Assembly: GCA_964106915.2 (NCBI GenBank)
Contig: OZ066923.1
Source: Podarcis gaigeae
Lineage: Eukaryota
Strand: one strand, 5' to 3'
DNA length: 64,000 nt
The number at the start of each line of letters is the position of its first letter. The stretch's first letter is position 1. The notes under the pieces were generated by a model. It made no database searches and was not told where the DNA came from. It saw only the letters and a list, made by a program, of their open reading frames with translations. Positions 51,401 to 63,800 of the stretch are shown here, one piece after another. The translations under genes and the position numbers were made by a program.

Positions 51401-52439
51401 TACATAAAGCACATCCTGTATCGATAAGTCCAAACTGTGAAGAACAACAGTTCCGTAGCCTTTACTGGGGATTGTGTGGTCATCCGCCTGGTGAATCGCA
51501 CCTTCCTACGGTGTAAAAGACACGAACAGTTGCTTATCGTTGCACATGTGGTGGGTCGCTGCTGAATCAACAACGAAGAAAGATCTAGAGGTCTTCTGGA
51601 CCTTTGCAACCTTTGGAGTGAAGCGTGAGACCATTGCCTTATGCTGCATTGTCCTGGACACCGGACCTTTGCCTTTGCCTCGGCCTTTTCCACGCGATGA
51701 GCTTTCGCTGCGCTGCTCTGTCTTGGCCCTGGGATATCTGCATTCCCTCTTCATATGGCCTAGACGTCCACACGAGTAGCATTTCACTGCCTTCAAAGCT
51801 TTGGCGCTATCTGGTGGTTCCACTGCACTCTGGGATGACGTCTGTGAAGACTCCCCCTTTCCCATGCAGCTAGCACCCCGGCGGTCTGCTTCATTCAGAA
51901 TCACGGCAGTAACATAGTCCACTGTCAGCTGAGCAGTTGGCTGTACAGCAATCTGAGTGGCAACAGACTCCCAACTTGAACCCAAAGAATGTAGTATCAT
52001 GAAGGAATACACAGCCTCTGGAAAGGTGAGTCCTCTCTGTTGCAGCTCATGTCTCAGATTCTGCATCTCCATCAGATGTGTACGCACATCTCCACCTTCA
52101 GCAAGAGCCATACTATGCAGCCTAGTATAGTAAAACATAGTGGACCCAGCTTCTGTCCTCAAGTGAGCTTCTCTCAAAGCGTCCCAAATTTCTCTGGCTG
52201 AGGTCTTATCACGCAACAGACAGAGCTCTTCTGGGGATACTATCAATGTAAGAGTTCCCATCGCTTTGGAATCCATAGCTTTCCATGCATCTGTAATTGG
52301 AGCTGGGGGGTTTTCTGTAATCACCTCAAACAAACCCTCTTTCCGCAGAATTAGCCTCTGCATAGAGAACCCAGTCCGCGTAGTTTTTCTTATTGAGCTT
52401 AGGAATCCCAAAAGCATCAGCTAGCTTTGCATTCGCCAT
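48413..52439 (-). pseudogene. Disrupted copia gag-pol polyprotein
   Basis: ATG 52439 MANAKLADAFGIPKLNKKNYADW; CCHC knuckle CYSCGRLGHMKREC; PR VVDSAATHHM; IN HHCC, HADLVGP, WQNGLCER; RT HKARLVARGF, YVDD; RH ADASFG, TCEAE, QDN, PADVLSK; frameshifts near 52350, 51265, 50790, 49610 and in-frame TAG at 51508-51506. Confidence 0.93.
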
Positions 52440-52770
52440 TTCTGCTGCTTTAAATCAAGCTGCTTCACTGTTTTCTGCAGCTGCTTTATTCCAAAAGCAC
52501 TTTTAAAAGGTATTTCGGTTTCCCCCAAGCCTATAAGCTTGTGCCTTTGAGCCTTTGCCTGTGCTCGGCAAACAGCTCTAAAAGTTCAAAGTCCAGCCAT
52601 AAAGCCATTAATTAGGAGCTGGCAGGCTGCCCGGAGCATGAGCACATACCTCATCAATCATCTTGACGCGTAGAGCAGATACCGTCCGATCCGTCCCTCT
52701 GCATTCCGATCCTTTTTGCCGGCATTCTGATTCGACTTCTGAATTCCATTCTCAAGATGACTGCGTTTTT

Positions 52771-52784
52771 CTGGGCCCATAACC
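52771..52784 (-). other. Primer-binding site complementary to the anticodon arm of initiator tRNA-Met
   Basis: Minus strand GGTTATGGGCCCAG, 5 nt after the 5' LTR. Confidence 0.88.
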
Positions 52785-52789
52785 AAAAA

Positions 52790-53102
52790 TGTTGTTTTTG
52801 CAGAGTCTTTTACGCAGTGGAATGATGAGCAGTACGTGCCACATACTTTACTTTACTTTACTTTACTTTATTTACACTTCAATGCTAAGAGCTTACAAAC
52901 AAGCATCTTGCCTCTGCGTGAGCAGAGAAAACATCCTCTCTCCTCTGAAGCACGGAGAGAACAGAGAAAAACAGGAAACCAGTGTACGTCACATCCAGTC
53001 TCCTTTCCCGTGAGAAACTCCAACAGCAACTCTGACTGTGGAATGTAAACATTGTCTTGTGACAAGCATTTCGCTGCACAGTGAAGAGAGCAGAAACCAA
53101 CA
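52790..53102 (-). repeat. Copia 5' LTR (313 bp)
   Basis: Near-identical to 48063-48365. Confidence 0.95.
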
Positions 53103-56054
53103 GTCCCATCCTTGCATGTGAAGTCCTGCATGACTCTGAAATCAGCAATTACCAGTATTCACTGTGTGGTAGCCATCCAAACGTTATCTAAAGAGTGAAA
53201 TATTTTGAAAATATCACTATGGAAATTTCACTGCTTCCAATGCAAGGGATATAGGAAATAAGTTGATTCATTATACAGAATAAGACTTGGAGAACTGTTA
53301 GATTTTTCTCTTTATAACTTTCAAAACAAATTATCAGATGGATAATGTAAACAAGAGAATACATTAGGATTTACATAGCAGGCTTCCTATGTAAGTGCTC
53401 AAAGCAGTAAATAACACAAAGATATACAGCTAATGTAAACTGCTAATGTAAACGTGACCCAACAGGGACAATTTCTCTTCCTTCAAGAACATTATTTGGC
53501 TCGTTGAAAGCTTCTCTCCAAAGTAAGTTTGATAGTGTTCAAATCATGAGCATTCACCTCTCAAATTATGAATCATTCATGACTGAATACTTTTCAGAAG
53601 CAAATTGAAATCTACACAAACCTGACAGCTGTTCCAATGGCAGTGATGAAATTTACTTGATTGGCAAAGTGTGACTATCAGATCTCTATACTCTGCTTTG
53701 TATTAGCAGTACTTCTGAGCAATATCTTTCAAAGTACGTTGGGTTAGCTGGAACTGTGAGCAGAAGAAAAACAACTGCCAGCGCTCTTCTGCAAATATTT
53801 GCCTGACAAATACTGGATGACAAGTCCATCCATGGCTAGAATAAGTTCTAGAATAGTTGTTAGGGTTCTGCTTGTGTTAAAATTTGCACAAGCAAAAGTG
53901 TGTCTTTGAGTTTGTGCAATTCTCTGATGTAAAGGGTAAAACAGTCCTTTCATGACTTGAATACTCCTTCCCCAGGTAGAAGTGTACGTCTGGATCAACC
54001 CAGTGAGAAGCACTTTTGCCTCACTCACTTAAGTGTAAGAAACTATAACTTAGCAGAGCACACCTGTTAGCATAGTGATGTTAGATCTAGTACCCAGTAC
54101 TGCTAATAACCATACCCTCTCCTCATCAAAGAGGAAACATGCAGAATGGCACTTAGATTTGGTCAGCTGATTAAGATGACTTCATCCCTGATAACTGGAA
54201 ATAAAGAATACACTGGCAAGTTTTTACAAAGCCTATCTATTCCACAATATCTCATTGCTGCACAAATTGCATGCCCATGTGCTTAAAAAAAATTATTAGA
54301 TTTCAAGGCAGCACGTTCATCAATAAGTTGAGAACGGATGTCACAAAAAGCTTCTCCTATACAGTAAAATATATACAACTATCCACAACTAAGAAGTATC
54401 CTGATAAGTAGCCCAGTGTGGGATGCAACCACGGGATGGTGTATTGGTGTAAAGAGACTTCTATTTACAAAATACACTAGATTCTTGAGTTCTGGATTCC
54501 TATCAAGCAGCTACTTTGCACTGACCAACTGATGTCAGTCATAGATATGTGTAAGTCTAACATAAGTCTGCCATAAATATGCAAACATAAACTCATGCCA
54601 GCAATAGGTCTACTTAATCTGTAACATAACAAAGGCAAGTCCAACTCATGAAAATTCTGACTAATAATTATCTGATCATTATAAGTAGTGAATGAAAATA
54701 GCCAAAGCCAGGTATTAAAGCTCATTTTTTATTAACTGGATGTAAAGAAAATGAGCTACTCATACCTCACCTCCATTCTTCTTCTCTGTGCTGCATATAA
54801 GGTTAAGCTCAATAGACAGGGTTTAAAAAAGAAAGAAAGAAATCCACTATATAAGTTTCTTTTTAACAGCATTTAAAAATCCACCTTCTTGCTAATGTTT
54901 CATTCACCTGTCACTCTAAAAATAATTCACCATCTATTTTCAGGGTTTCTATGATCAACATCATGAAAAGTATTAATTTTAAAAGCATTTCAATGGCATT
55001 GACAAATGGTATCCAAATCAATCTACTACTGAAAGCAGTAATAAAAAACAGACCACAATACCGTTGTGAATAATTTTATTTTTATCAGCACCTACAGCCT
55101 ATTATTTTCTATACTGAATTTACATTGTTCCTCTATAACTGTAGGCCTAGCAAAGTGGTGCTATCAAATTCAGCATGTCTGGATGCAATCAAAAGAATCT
55201 GAAATGTCAGAACATTTTAAATTAGATTGAATTAACATCAATGTCTTCCTAAAGGTGCCTTATACTTCCCCCTTTAGGTAGTGTAATTTCAATCAGGCTG
55301 GCCTGAACTGCAGCATAGAAAAAGCAATAAAACTATATATAAAGAACCCAATAAGTCAGGTATTCAACACAAAGTAATTTGATCAGTTTGTAGAAGTGGA
55401 TAACTTGGATATCTAACATTCACAACCCACTAACTTAAAGGCTGGAATAAGTCGATCAAAAAAGACAAAGAGTAACAAGAAAACAGAAAAAAGGCACTGT
55501 ACTGTAACATTTTCTCAAAGAATCACAAATGCCAGTGGGGTGGAGGAAAGGGGAAACTATAGTGGCAGCAAGGAAAGGATATGTTTACATGTTTTTGGAT
55601 GCTCTTAATATTTGTGATATGTTTTATTTTATTCTCAAATGTATTGTGCTACCATTTTGGTGTTTTTTGTCTCTGGGTTCCGTTGGGAGGTAGAAATTTT
55701 GAACAATGATAGCATGGTGGAAATAGCAACAGGCACAAGCCTATACCAGGGAGTTTAAGACAGTAGGTACAGATCTGAAATATTAAACTCTTACCCCCAA
55801 AAGAGCCACATCTAAATGAAAACCTTTCCTACACCGTTCAAGTTTATAAGTGCTCATCTCATGACAAAGCTCCAGTCTATTCCCTTTCACTATTCTAATG
55901 GAGAGGTCATGAGAGAGAGAGAGATTACTTCTACGTACTGTATATCCTTTAAATAGCAGTTTCACCTGCCTCCGAATGCCAGTTATTGAGGAACATGAGC
56001 AGAAGAAGGCTGCTGTGATAATGTCTTGCCTGTTGGATTTTCCATGGGCATATG

Positions 56055-56305
56055 GAGACTCCTATACTTTGGCCACCTCATGAGAAGAGAAGACTCCCTG
56101 GAAAAGACCCTGATGTTGGGAAATATGGAGGGCACAAGGAGAAGGAGACGACAGAGGACGAGATGGTTGGATAGTGTTCTCGAAGCTACCAGCATGAGTT
56201 TGACCAAACTGCGGGAGGCAGTGGAAGACAGGAGTGCCTGGCGTGCTCTGGTCCATGGGGTCACGAAGAGTCGGACACGACTAAACAACTAAACAACAAC
56301 AACAA
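56055..56305 (+). mobile_element. 5'-truncated RTE/BovB LINE 3' end
   Basis: YFGHLMRREDSLEKTLMLG..RWLD..WRALVHGVTKSRTRL with (CAA)n tail. Confidence 0.9.
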
Positions 56306-58126
56306 TGGTTGGTGGGAACAGAATGCAGACAGTAAGCCTTTGGCCTGATCCAGCAAGACTCAACTCATGTTCTTAAAATGCACTACCATCTCTTAACGGC
56401 ATTCTGCTACTCCTTCAAACAATTTTCTCACGCTCATTCAGAAAAGAGAACTATTCTTATGACCTTTGCTTCCAAAGAGTTAAGCAGAATAATTAAAATA
56501 ATTATATCGTAATTGAAACCTGCAGTGTGATTATTGGCAGCTCAGCACCAGAGATTTTTCTTTTACTCTACACCTCACATCTCTCAGTAATGAATAGTAG
56601 CATAATTAAATACTTCAGCAATGATAATAAGAAGGGACTGCTGAAGTCCAGTAATGTTATGCATTGTTGACACTGTATCATAAACAGGAGGAAAAAGAGA
56701 ATAATTTGATTACAGTGCATTCATGATTAGAATTCATGTTCTTGAACTTACCTCCAATTAACTTTTGCATGAAAAACTGACTGGGTTGCCAATGTTTTGT
56801 TTCAACATCAGTGGAGCGGGGGAGGGGGAGGGGGAGGGAAACATGGCACAAATGCAATGTGATTGAAACTACTATAATAGGAGTTAATCAAAAGCATCCA
56901 GAGACAGAAGATAATGTGTGTGTACATCTAAGTCCCTTCTCCTTTCAGATTTGATGAGCAGGAGAAATTGACTAAAGTTACTCAAGTTATGGTTCCTTCT
57001 CTTTTACTGATGAATTCTGCCCACTGTTCAATATTATTATCATTAACAAATGATATGCTATTTAGTATCTGAATGTATATCAACCATGTCCAAATATAAT
57101 ATCATTATTTCCTGCTACATTTGTGTGTGTTTTTAACTAGGGGCTTTTTAACTTGCTCCATTCACCAACCGTCTTCCTTTACACCTGAGCAACTCCTCCT
57201 CACTTTACGCCTTGATGTCCCTGTGCCCATTCCTTCACCTCCCCCCCTCTTCTCACTGCTTGCCCCAAGCCCTTTACGTTCTCCTAACAGCCCACCCTTT
57301 TAAAGGAGAGTGGGAGGCGCGTTAGCTCCCCTCTGCTTTAAACACCTTCCCCTGATAAGGACCCATGGGACAACAGGATGCTTGCTGGAGTAATGGGCTG
57401 CACCAAAAGAGATTCAGAGAAGAGGATCTCATTAGTTCAAGGCTCAGTCATGATAGCTCTGGGTAATATGTAGAGTATGCTTTATGGAACTACTACTGGT
57501 TTGTGTTTTCTGAAGGTCTACTTTAAATTTCATCCTAATTTCTTCTTTTTCTTCTTGTTACCTAAAACTAATGTGTATATATATGCCCTTCACTTTTTTT
57601 CTCTGTCTTCATGTATTTTATGTAATGTAGACTAGTGCCTATGAAAATTCATGCCAAAAAAAAGAACAACCAGTTAACTCTTTAAGGTAATACTATATAG
57701 GGTTCCTGTTACCCACTGAGTCAGATCTCCCACTAGGCAGAATGAGGTGGCTGTCTGAGGCATCTAATTTTGAGTTTAATAAAAGTCAAGCAGTGAGTAT
57801 ATAATTTTATATATTATTATTGTAGGGAGAGAAGGGGGGTATCAGGGGAGGGGTAGTACCTCTGGTGGGGGACACGTCATGCTCCTTCTGGGGTAATTTG
57901 TCCACCTTTGGTTCCCACCCTGCACTCAGCCCTCACCTTAGCTTCTAGAAGCTGCCAGCACGTGACAGCAGCCACACCCTGCGAGACAGCTTTCATTGGT
58001 CAGCTAAACTATGGGTCTCCAACTATGGGTGGCCAATGGGTCTCAAACCCTCAGTGAATTAGGGACTTCCCCTGCATGCGAAAACAGGCTCTGGCAGATT
58101 GATCAGAGACCAATAGTGGGTCCAGC

Positions 58127-58252
58127 CAGTGCTATTTTTCTAGAAAAGGAGGTGCCGGAACTCACGATGAACACCTCCCTTGTCCTCTTATAATGTCAAC
58201 TGCACCCACTTGAAAAAGGCCAGAACTGAGTTCCAGCTGAAAAAAAACCCTG
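58127..58252. mobile_element. Small hAT MITE (126 bp)
   Basis: Imperfect TIRs CAGTGCTATTTTTC / GAAAAAAAACCCTG; 8-bp TSD GGTCCAGC / GGTCCAGT. Confidence 0.8.
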
Positions 58253-58299
58253 GGTCCAGTGGTTATGAGGATAGTTACTACATGTGCGAGGCAGGGAAG

Positions 58300-58822
58300 C
58301 ATAGGCGCCGACTCCATGGGGCCTGAGGGGGCCCGAGCCCCCTCAAAAATTCGTTTGGGGGGGCTCTGCCCCCCCAATAATTTAAGAAAATTATATTACT
58401 GCTGCGAAGAGGCGGGAGGGAGAGGAGGCCCCTTGGGAGGAGTGGGCAGGTGCTGGGGCGGCAGCGCCGGGCAGGGGCCGAGGGGTGGGCGCCCCCCCTG
58501 CACGGGCATCGCCTCGACACCGCCGCGGGTTTGGCTGGGCCGCCGGCCGAGGGGAAGCGCCAAACAAGGCCAGGATCCAGGCCCGCCCCGCTCTCCTTAT
58601 TTGGTGCCCGGTTCCGGCTCCCGGGTGGCCTCCTCCCACCCGCTCTCGCTACCAGTGGAAAGAGAGAGGGAGGTGCAGCGGAACCCGCAGCCTTTGCAGG
58701 CGCCGCCCGGCCGGGGGAGGGGAGCGCGGAGGAGCCCCGCGGGCCTGGGCCCGGCCAGCCGAGCCCTCCCGAATTGCGCCCCGCAGCCAGGATCTTATAT
58801 TTTTTATAAGTCGGCGCCCCTG
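58300..58822. mobile_element. Non-autonomous hAT element with GC-rich internal cargo
   Basis: TIRs CATAGGCGCCGACT / AGTCGGCGCCCCTG; perfect 8-bp TSD CAGGGAAG (58292-58299, 58823-58830). Confidence 0.88.
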
Positions 58823-60294
58823 CAGGGAAGTGAGGGGCAGATTGGGCATGTCAACCTAAGAAGGTAGCCAGTCTAGGAGACGGAAAACTCTGATCCTAAA
58901 CCTCTGCTTCCTTGCAGCTATACTCATTCATGAGAAAGGCTTCAAGAGTAAACCCTGAGGAAAAGTCCATATCTGTTGCCTTTGGGAGAATAAAGGGCTA
59001 AGGAGTAAACCCTACACTAAGACGGTTGGATGGCGTCTTGAACACCTCTTTCCAGCAACTCTTGCAGTCAAACTGGTGCCAAATGTATTGTTTTACTTTC
59101 CTTTGGTCCATATCTGTGAGGCCAGAACTTTTTGCATCTCAGGCAGCTAAAGGCCCACCTTTGTTCCAGGTTATTTTAAACACACACACACACGAGAGAG
59201 AGAAATTAATATCTGCATTCCCATCTAGTCCTCAATCATATCTTCTCCAGGATTTCATTTTTATAAAAAAACCTACAGAACAAAAAGAGAATAGCTTACA
59301 AAACTGTTTACAAAATTAATTTTTTTTAATCACATAACAAGGCAAAGCAAAGGAAGTCAAGGCACAAAGTAGATTTTCAATGCATAAAGCTTTGTAGAAA
59401 AGATCTTTGATGAACTGGTGACAGGGGAAAGCGATCATCTTACTGGAGGTGCCATTCAAGCACAGGTTTTAGATCATCACTCCCCCCCTCCCCGTTTTTT
59501 ATGTCTAGCCTATTTACAAGTTGAAAATCCATTAAATATATTAGGCATGTTGCGTGGGCTGCACTTAAATTTTTGACATCTATGTATTATTAATGTAATC
59601 AGCTGAACTATGCACATTCAGAGGACATGGAAAATTAAGGAAGATACAGCAATCAGAAATTAAATAAGGAGAGCACATATTAAAGAGAATAATAAGTTAA
59701 TTTTATTAAATAAATGAGGTGAATATAACTTCTGAACTAAATGATAATAATTTCATTCACAAAGAAGATCCTTTAGAAATAATATTTCTCTAAAAGCCAT
59801 TGAAGCATAGGCTGAGTACATAACCCTAATTACAGCCCATTCTTTCCAGAATTTTTTATGGCTTGTCCTTCTTTTTGTTGGATTTTCATTATAAAAAGAA
59901 GAAAATGTGCATCTCCCTCACCCGCCCCCCATCTTGTCCCCAGTCCTCTCCTTCATCACACTTTTCTTTTTTTTACTTAGCCCTGTAATAAAGCTTTTCT
60001 TCATGATTTGTGTTCATTAGAAAGGTAATTATATTTTCAGAAACCAAAGTGCCAATAAGATAACCTTAACATGTTTATTACAAAAGCAAGAGTACAGACG
60101 TACTTTGGTAACTGGAAATGTGATTTTTTTAAAAGTAGAAAATGGGGTTAAATACACCACCACTAAGCCAGCCTGGCACTGGAAACAGCAAAGTACCTAC
60201 TTTCAGTGGCACAAGTTGAGGGTGGAGAAATGACAGTAACTGCCTGGCCACTTCCACTGAGAACCCACCCTAGTCAATCTCTCTTAACACATTA

Positions 60295-60893
60295 CAGTGG
60301 TACCCCAGGTTACATACGCTTCAGGTTACAGACTCTGCTAACCCAGAAATAGTGCTTCAGGTTAAGAACTTTGCTTCAGGATGAGAACAGAAATCATGCT
60401 CTAGTGGTGCGGCGGCAGCAGGAAGCCCCATTAGCTAAAGTGGTGCTTCAGGTTAAGAACAGTTTCAGGTTAAGTACGGACCTCCTGTAGCTGGGACGTG
60501 GGTGGTTCTGTGGCTAAAACCTCAGCGCCTAGGACTTGCCAATCACATGGTCGGCAGTTTGAATCCCCGCGGCGGGGTGCGCTCCCGTCGTTCAGTCCCA
60601 GCGCCTGCCAACCTAGCAGTTCGAAAGCACCTCCGGGTGCAAGTAGATAAATAGGGACCGCTTATCAGTGGGAAGGTAAACGGCGTCCCATGTGCTGCGC
60701 TGGCTTGCCAGATGCAGCTTGTCACGCTGGCCACGTGACCCGGAAGTGTCTGCGGACAGCGCTGGCTCCCAGCCTATAGAGTGAGATGAGCGCACAACCC
60801 TAGAGTCTGGCAAGACTGGCCCGTACAGGCAGGGGTACCTTTACCTTTACGGACCTCTGGAACGAATTAAGTACTTAACCTGAGGTACCACTG
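60295..60893. mobile_element. Tc1/mariner MITE interrupted by a Sauria SINE
   Basis: TIRs CAGTGGTACC / GGTACCACTG, TA TSD; the two halves rejoin to match 38997-39238. Confidence 0.9.
60493..60847 (+). mobile_element. Sauria SINE nested in MITE
   Basis: TSD TACGGACCTC (60475-60484, 60848-60857); same subfamily as 21363. Confidence 0.92.
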
Positions 60894-63800
60894 TACAAAT
60901 GCTGCTGCCACCAATGACCCATATGGAGATACGTCCCAAGCCATTACTGTGGCAAGATGTCTTCTGGCTCACAGTTGCTTGGAGTGGTATATGTGGACCC
61001 CCGCTCTTATAGAGCATCTCCCCCCCCCTCCCCCCGCTTTCTGTTAATTCCAATGGGAAGCATAGTTCATTGTCGGCTCCAGAGCTGGCATAGTGTATGG
61101 CCATTTGGGGAAATGACCACTGACCAAAGGGGTTTAGGGTGCATCATTTTTGAACCCACCACTGGCAGTGTACCCATGACAGTAGTGGCGTTTGCCACCG
61201 CCAAGGTGAGATCACTAATGGCAAACCTCTTCTCTGCCATGGGAAAAGAAGTCATCGTCATCTAACAGCAGCACTCCCCGGGAACTTACAACTGCCCTCT
61301 GTGTGGTTGTGTGCGTTTCTATTACTATTTAGCCCCTTAATGGGAGTTGCAATCCTTATGTGGACCGACTCTTCTCCCAGTAGTATCTACTTAATGTGTG
61401 CAACAATCCCATCATATGTCTTGTGTCTAATTATCTTGTTTAAAATCCCCAGTGTCTCATATTATAATTGTGTTACACTGATGTTTTTTCTTTTCATTCA
61501 TTTTTCATCATTTGAATTCCATAATCAGAAATACTACCAGTTCCGCTTTCTGTTAATTCACTTCAATCCAATATGCCAGGACTCTGCCATTATATAAAGT
61601 TGTTATTGCATTATTGAAAGAGATGATAGGAAAGCAACTCCTACCCCACTCCACCCCTGCCGGCACACTCTAAGTGGCACCAGCAAGTATGTGTTGGGTT
61701 TATAACCCAGTCCTGCCATCACGAGCTCTGCGTGTTACTCCAGTCAGTTTTTCATCAGGAGGGGGATACTGGCCATATGTCTTTTGGATAGCCAAGGCCA
61801 CTGCAAGCTTAACTACATTCTTGCAAATGTTGTGACTGCTTTGAAAGAAGACTGGTTACAGGAAGCAGCCAAGTCTAAAACCACTTTGAGGGGTTCTCCC
61901 CCCCAATCAAGTGTTGTATAAATCTTATAAAACAAAACAAAACAAGAGTAAGGACGAGTGGAGGTTGAAAGACAGGTACCAGTGGCAGTTTTATGGATGA
62001 AAAGAGAATATTGGGGGCCAGGCTATACAGAAAGGAACAAGAAAGATCAAACCTTTCTCCACCTCAGCCGTTTTCCCTCAAACCCTACCTCCTCATCTAG
62101 GTGCTTCTCTCCCAGGAGAGAAGTTTAGTCTGGATACCTAACCAGTTAAATATGGCTAGCCCAGCCTTCCCCCAACCAGGTCCCTCCACATCAGGTCTAA
62201 CACATCTAGAGGACACCTGGCTGGGATCAAGAACGGTAGGTGGTTGTAGGGAGACCAGCAGGACAGGGGAAATATTCAGCATTCCCACATACATGTCCCT
62301 GCTGCAAAGCATCTGTATGGGAATTTCTCCCAAGCATTCATTCTGTACAGGAATTAACATTCTAGAATACAAGTCTTAGAGTTGTCATGCTTAGTTTGCT
62401 GCCCAGTACATATTATTCTCTGTGCCATTTCACCAGTTCCTCAAAATGCATTACTCAATTTGCCAGAATGGTTCATGCTTTCATTAGTTTAGCCCCCAGT
62501 AAATAAAACAAAGCTACTACTTCATTACAGCACTGGCTTTTATCTCACAATTATTTTGGATCCCTGAGTATTTTAAGCTTCTCCTCAGCATTTGACATTT
62601 AAGGTCCTATCAAATTAATGCTTTCAGCTATCTATATTCACTCATTATTTCAGTCATGCACATTGGCCAGGGGCTTGTCCCATTTAAAATCTCTCTCACA
62701 TTTGCTTACACAAGCTTTTTTATTATTCAGACATTTGGTCCTTTTTATGTTTTCTCTCATTAACACGAAATTTCACAAGTCCTTGGTGAATAATTAGCTG
62801 TAGTAGGATCCTTAACTCTCACATATACATTTTTAATTTATTAAGATGATCACCAAATTACTTCTGTACCATGAAGAATGGCATACAACTTCTGTGCAAA
62901 ACTACCAAATTAAAATAGAAAACATCACATTTTTTAGGTTAATCACACAAATCCAGATAAGGGAATTTGCACTGGATCAAGGGATAAAACCAAGGAATAA
63001 AGGCCATTAGACATGAGGCAGACATAAACTGTTTTACAGTACTACTCAAGTATTGGTGTGTTTCAATAATATACATGTATGCGTTTGTTTAAAAGATAGC
63101 TTATAATATATATATATTTTAAAAATAAGTATTTGTTTACTAGTTTCCTGTTGGTTTCTGCTACAAATTCTGATCAACTCCACACCTGCTAAGGTTTAGT
63201 AAAAATGCAACATGTGGTGTTCTCACCCTGTTCACTAAGGCTGCATAAAAGCCATAACATGACTTACCCCCAAAGAATCCTTGGAACTGTAGATTTACCC
63301 ATCACAGCTACAATGTCCAGCACCCAAAACAAACTACAGTCCCCAAGATTCTTTGGGGGAAGACATGTACTTTAAACATGTGGTTTGCATGCAGCCCAAA
63401 AGCCCCATCTTTTAAATCTTAAAGCATGCCATTCTTGTCCCCAAGTACAAAACACCTGATGAAACACAATTCTTAAGACTTTTTCTCAAGAACTAATCTA
63501 TTGCCATGAGTTTGGTGATGGGGAGCAAGTAGACTGTATGTGAGACCCTTCTAGCTTCTGGATCCAGCCAGTGTTAAAATATAACCCAGGCTAGCTTCCT
63601 GTGTTTAGGTAATAGCCTGAGTGATAAACCATTAAGGGAAACAAATGGAAGAGTAGGGCACCTACAGGTGTGTCATGGCATCTGTGCACATTTGGTCTTG
63701 CACATCTGTAGAAAATTCATTCATCTAGTTGTTGAATTCTTTTCAGTATTCTTCAGACTAAAGTAGGGGCTTGCCAAATGCAACCAGAGAGTCACATCTC

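Larger units (their letters stand above)
48063..53102 (-). mobile_element. Full-length Ty1/copia LTR retrotransposon (5040 bp)
   Basis: Paired LTRs TGTTG...CAACA, 5-bp TSD GTCCC (48058-48062, 53103-53107), PBS, PPT, domain order gag-PR-IN-RT-RH. Confidence 0.97.
57850..59130 (+). mobile_element. Older interspersed repeat (RTE-clade 5'-region-like) interrupted by two hAT elements
   Basis: Homologous to 30640-30960; resumes after both inserts (GGAGACGGAAAACTCTGATCCTAAACCTC). Confidence 0.55.

Noticed and set aside
51506-51508. TAG as a programmed gag-pol readthrough signal
   Set aside because: It lies inside the protease after the catalytic motif rather than at the gag end; more likely a nonsense mutation
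57615-57695. Second Penelope/hammerhead remnant
   Set aside because: Only the tail (GTTAACTCTTTAAGGTAATAC) is suggestive; no CUGANGA core
58259-58867. 202-aa ORF or native NAV3 CpG-island promoter
   Set aside because: The GC-rich block sits inside TIRs with a perfect TSD, so it is transposon cargo, and the ORF crosses element boundaries
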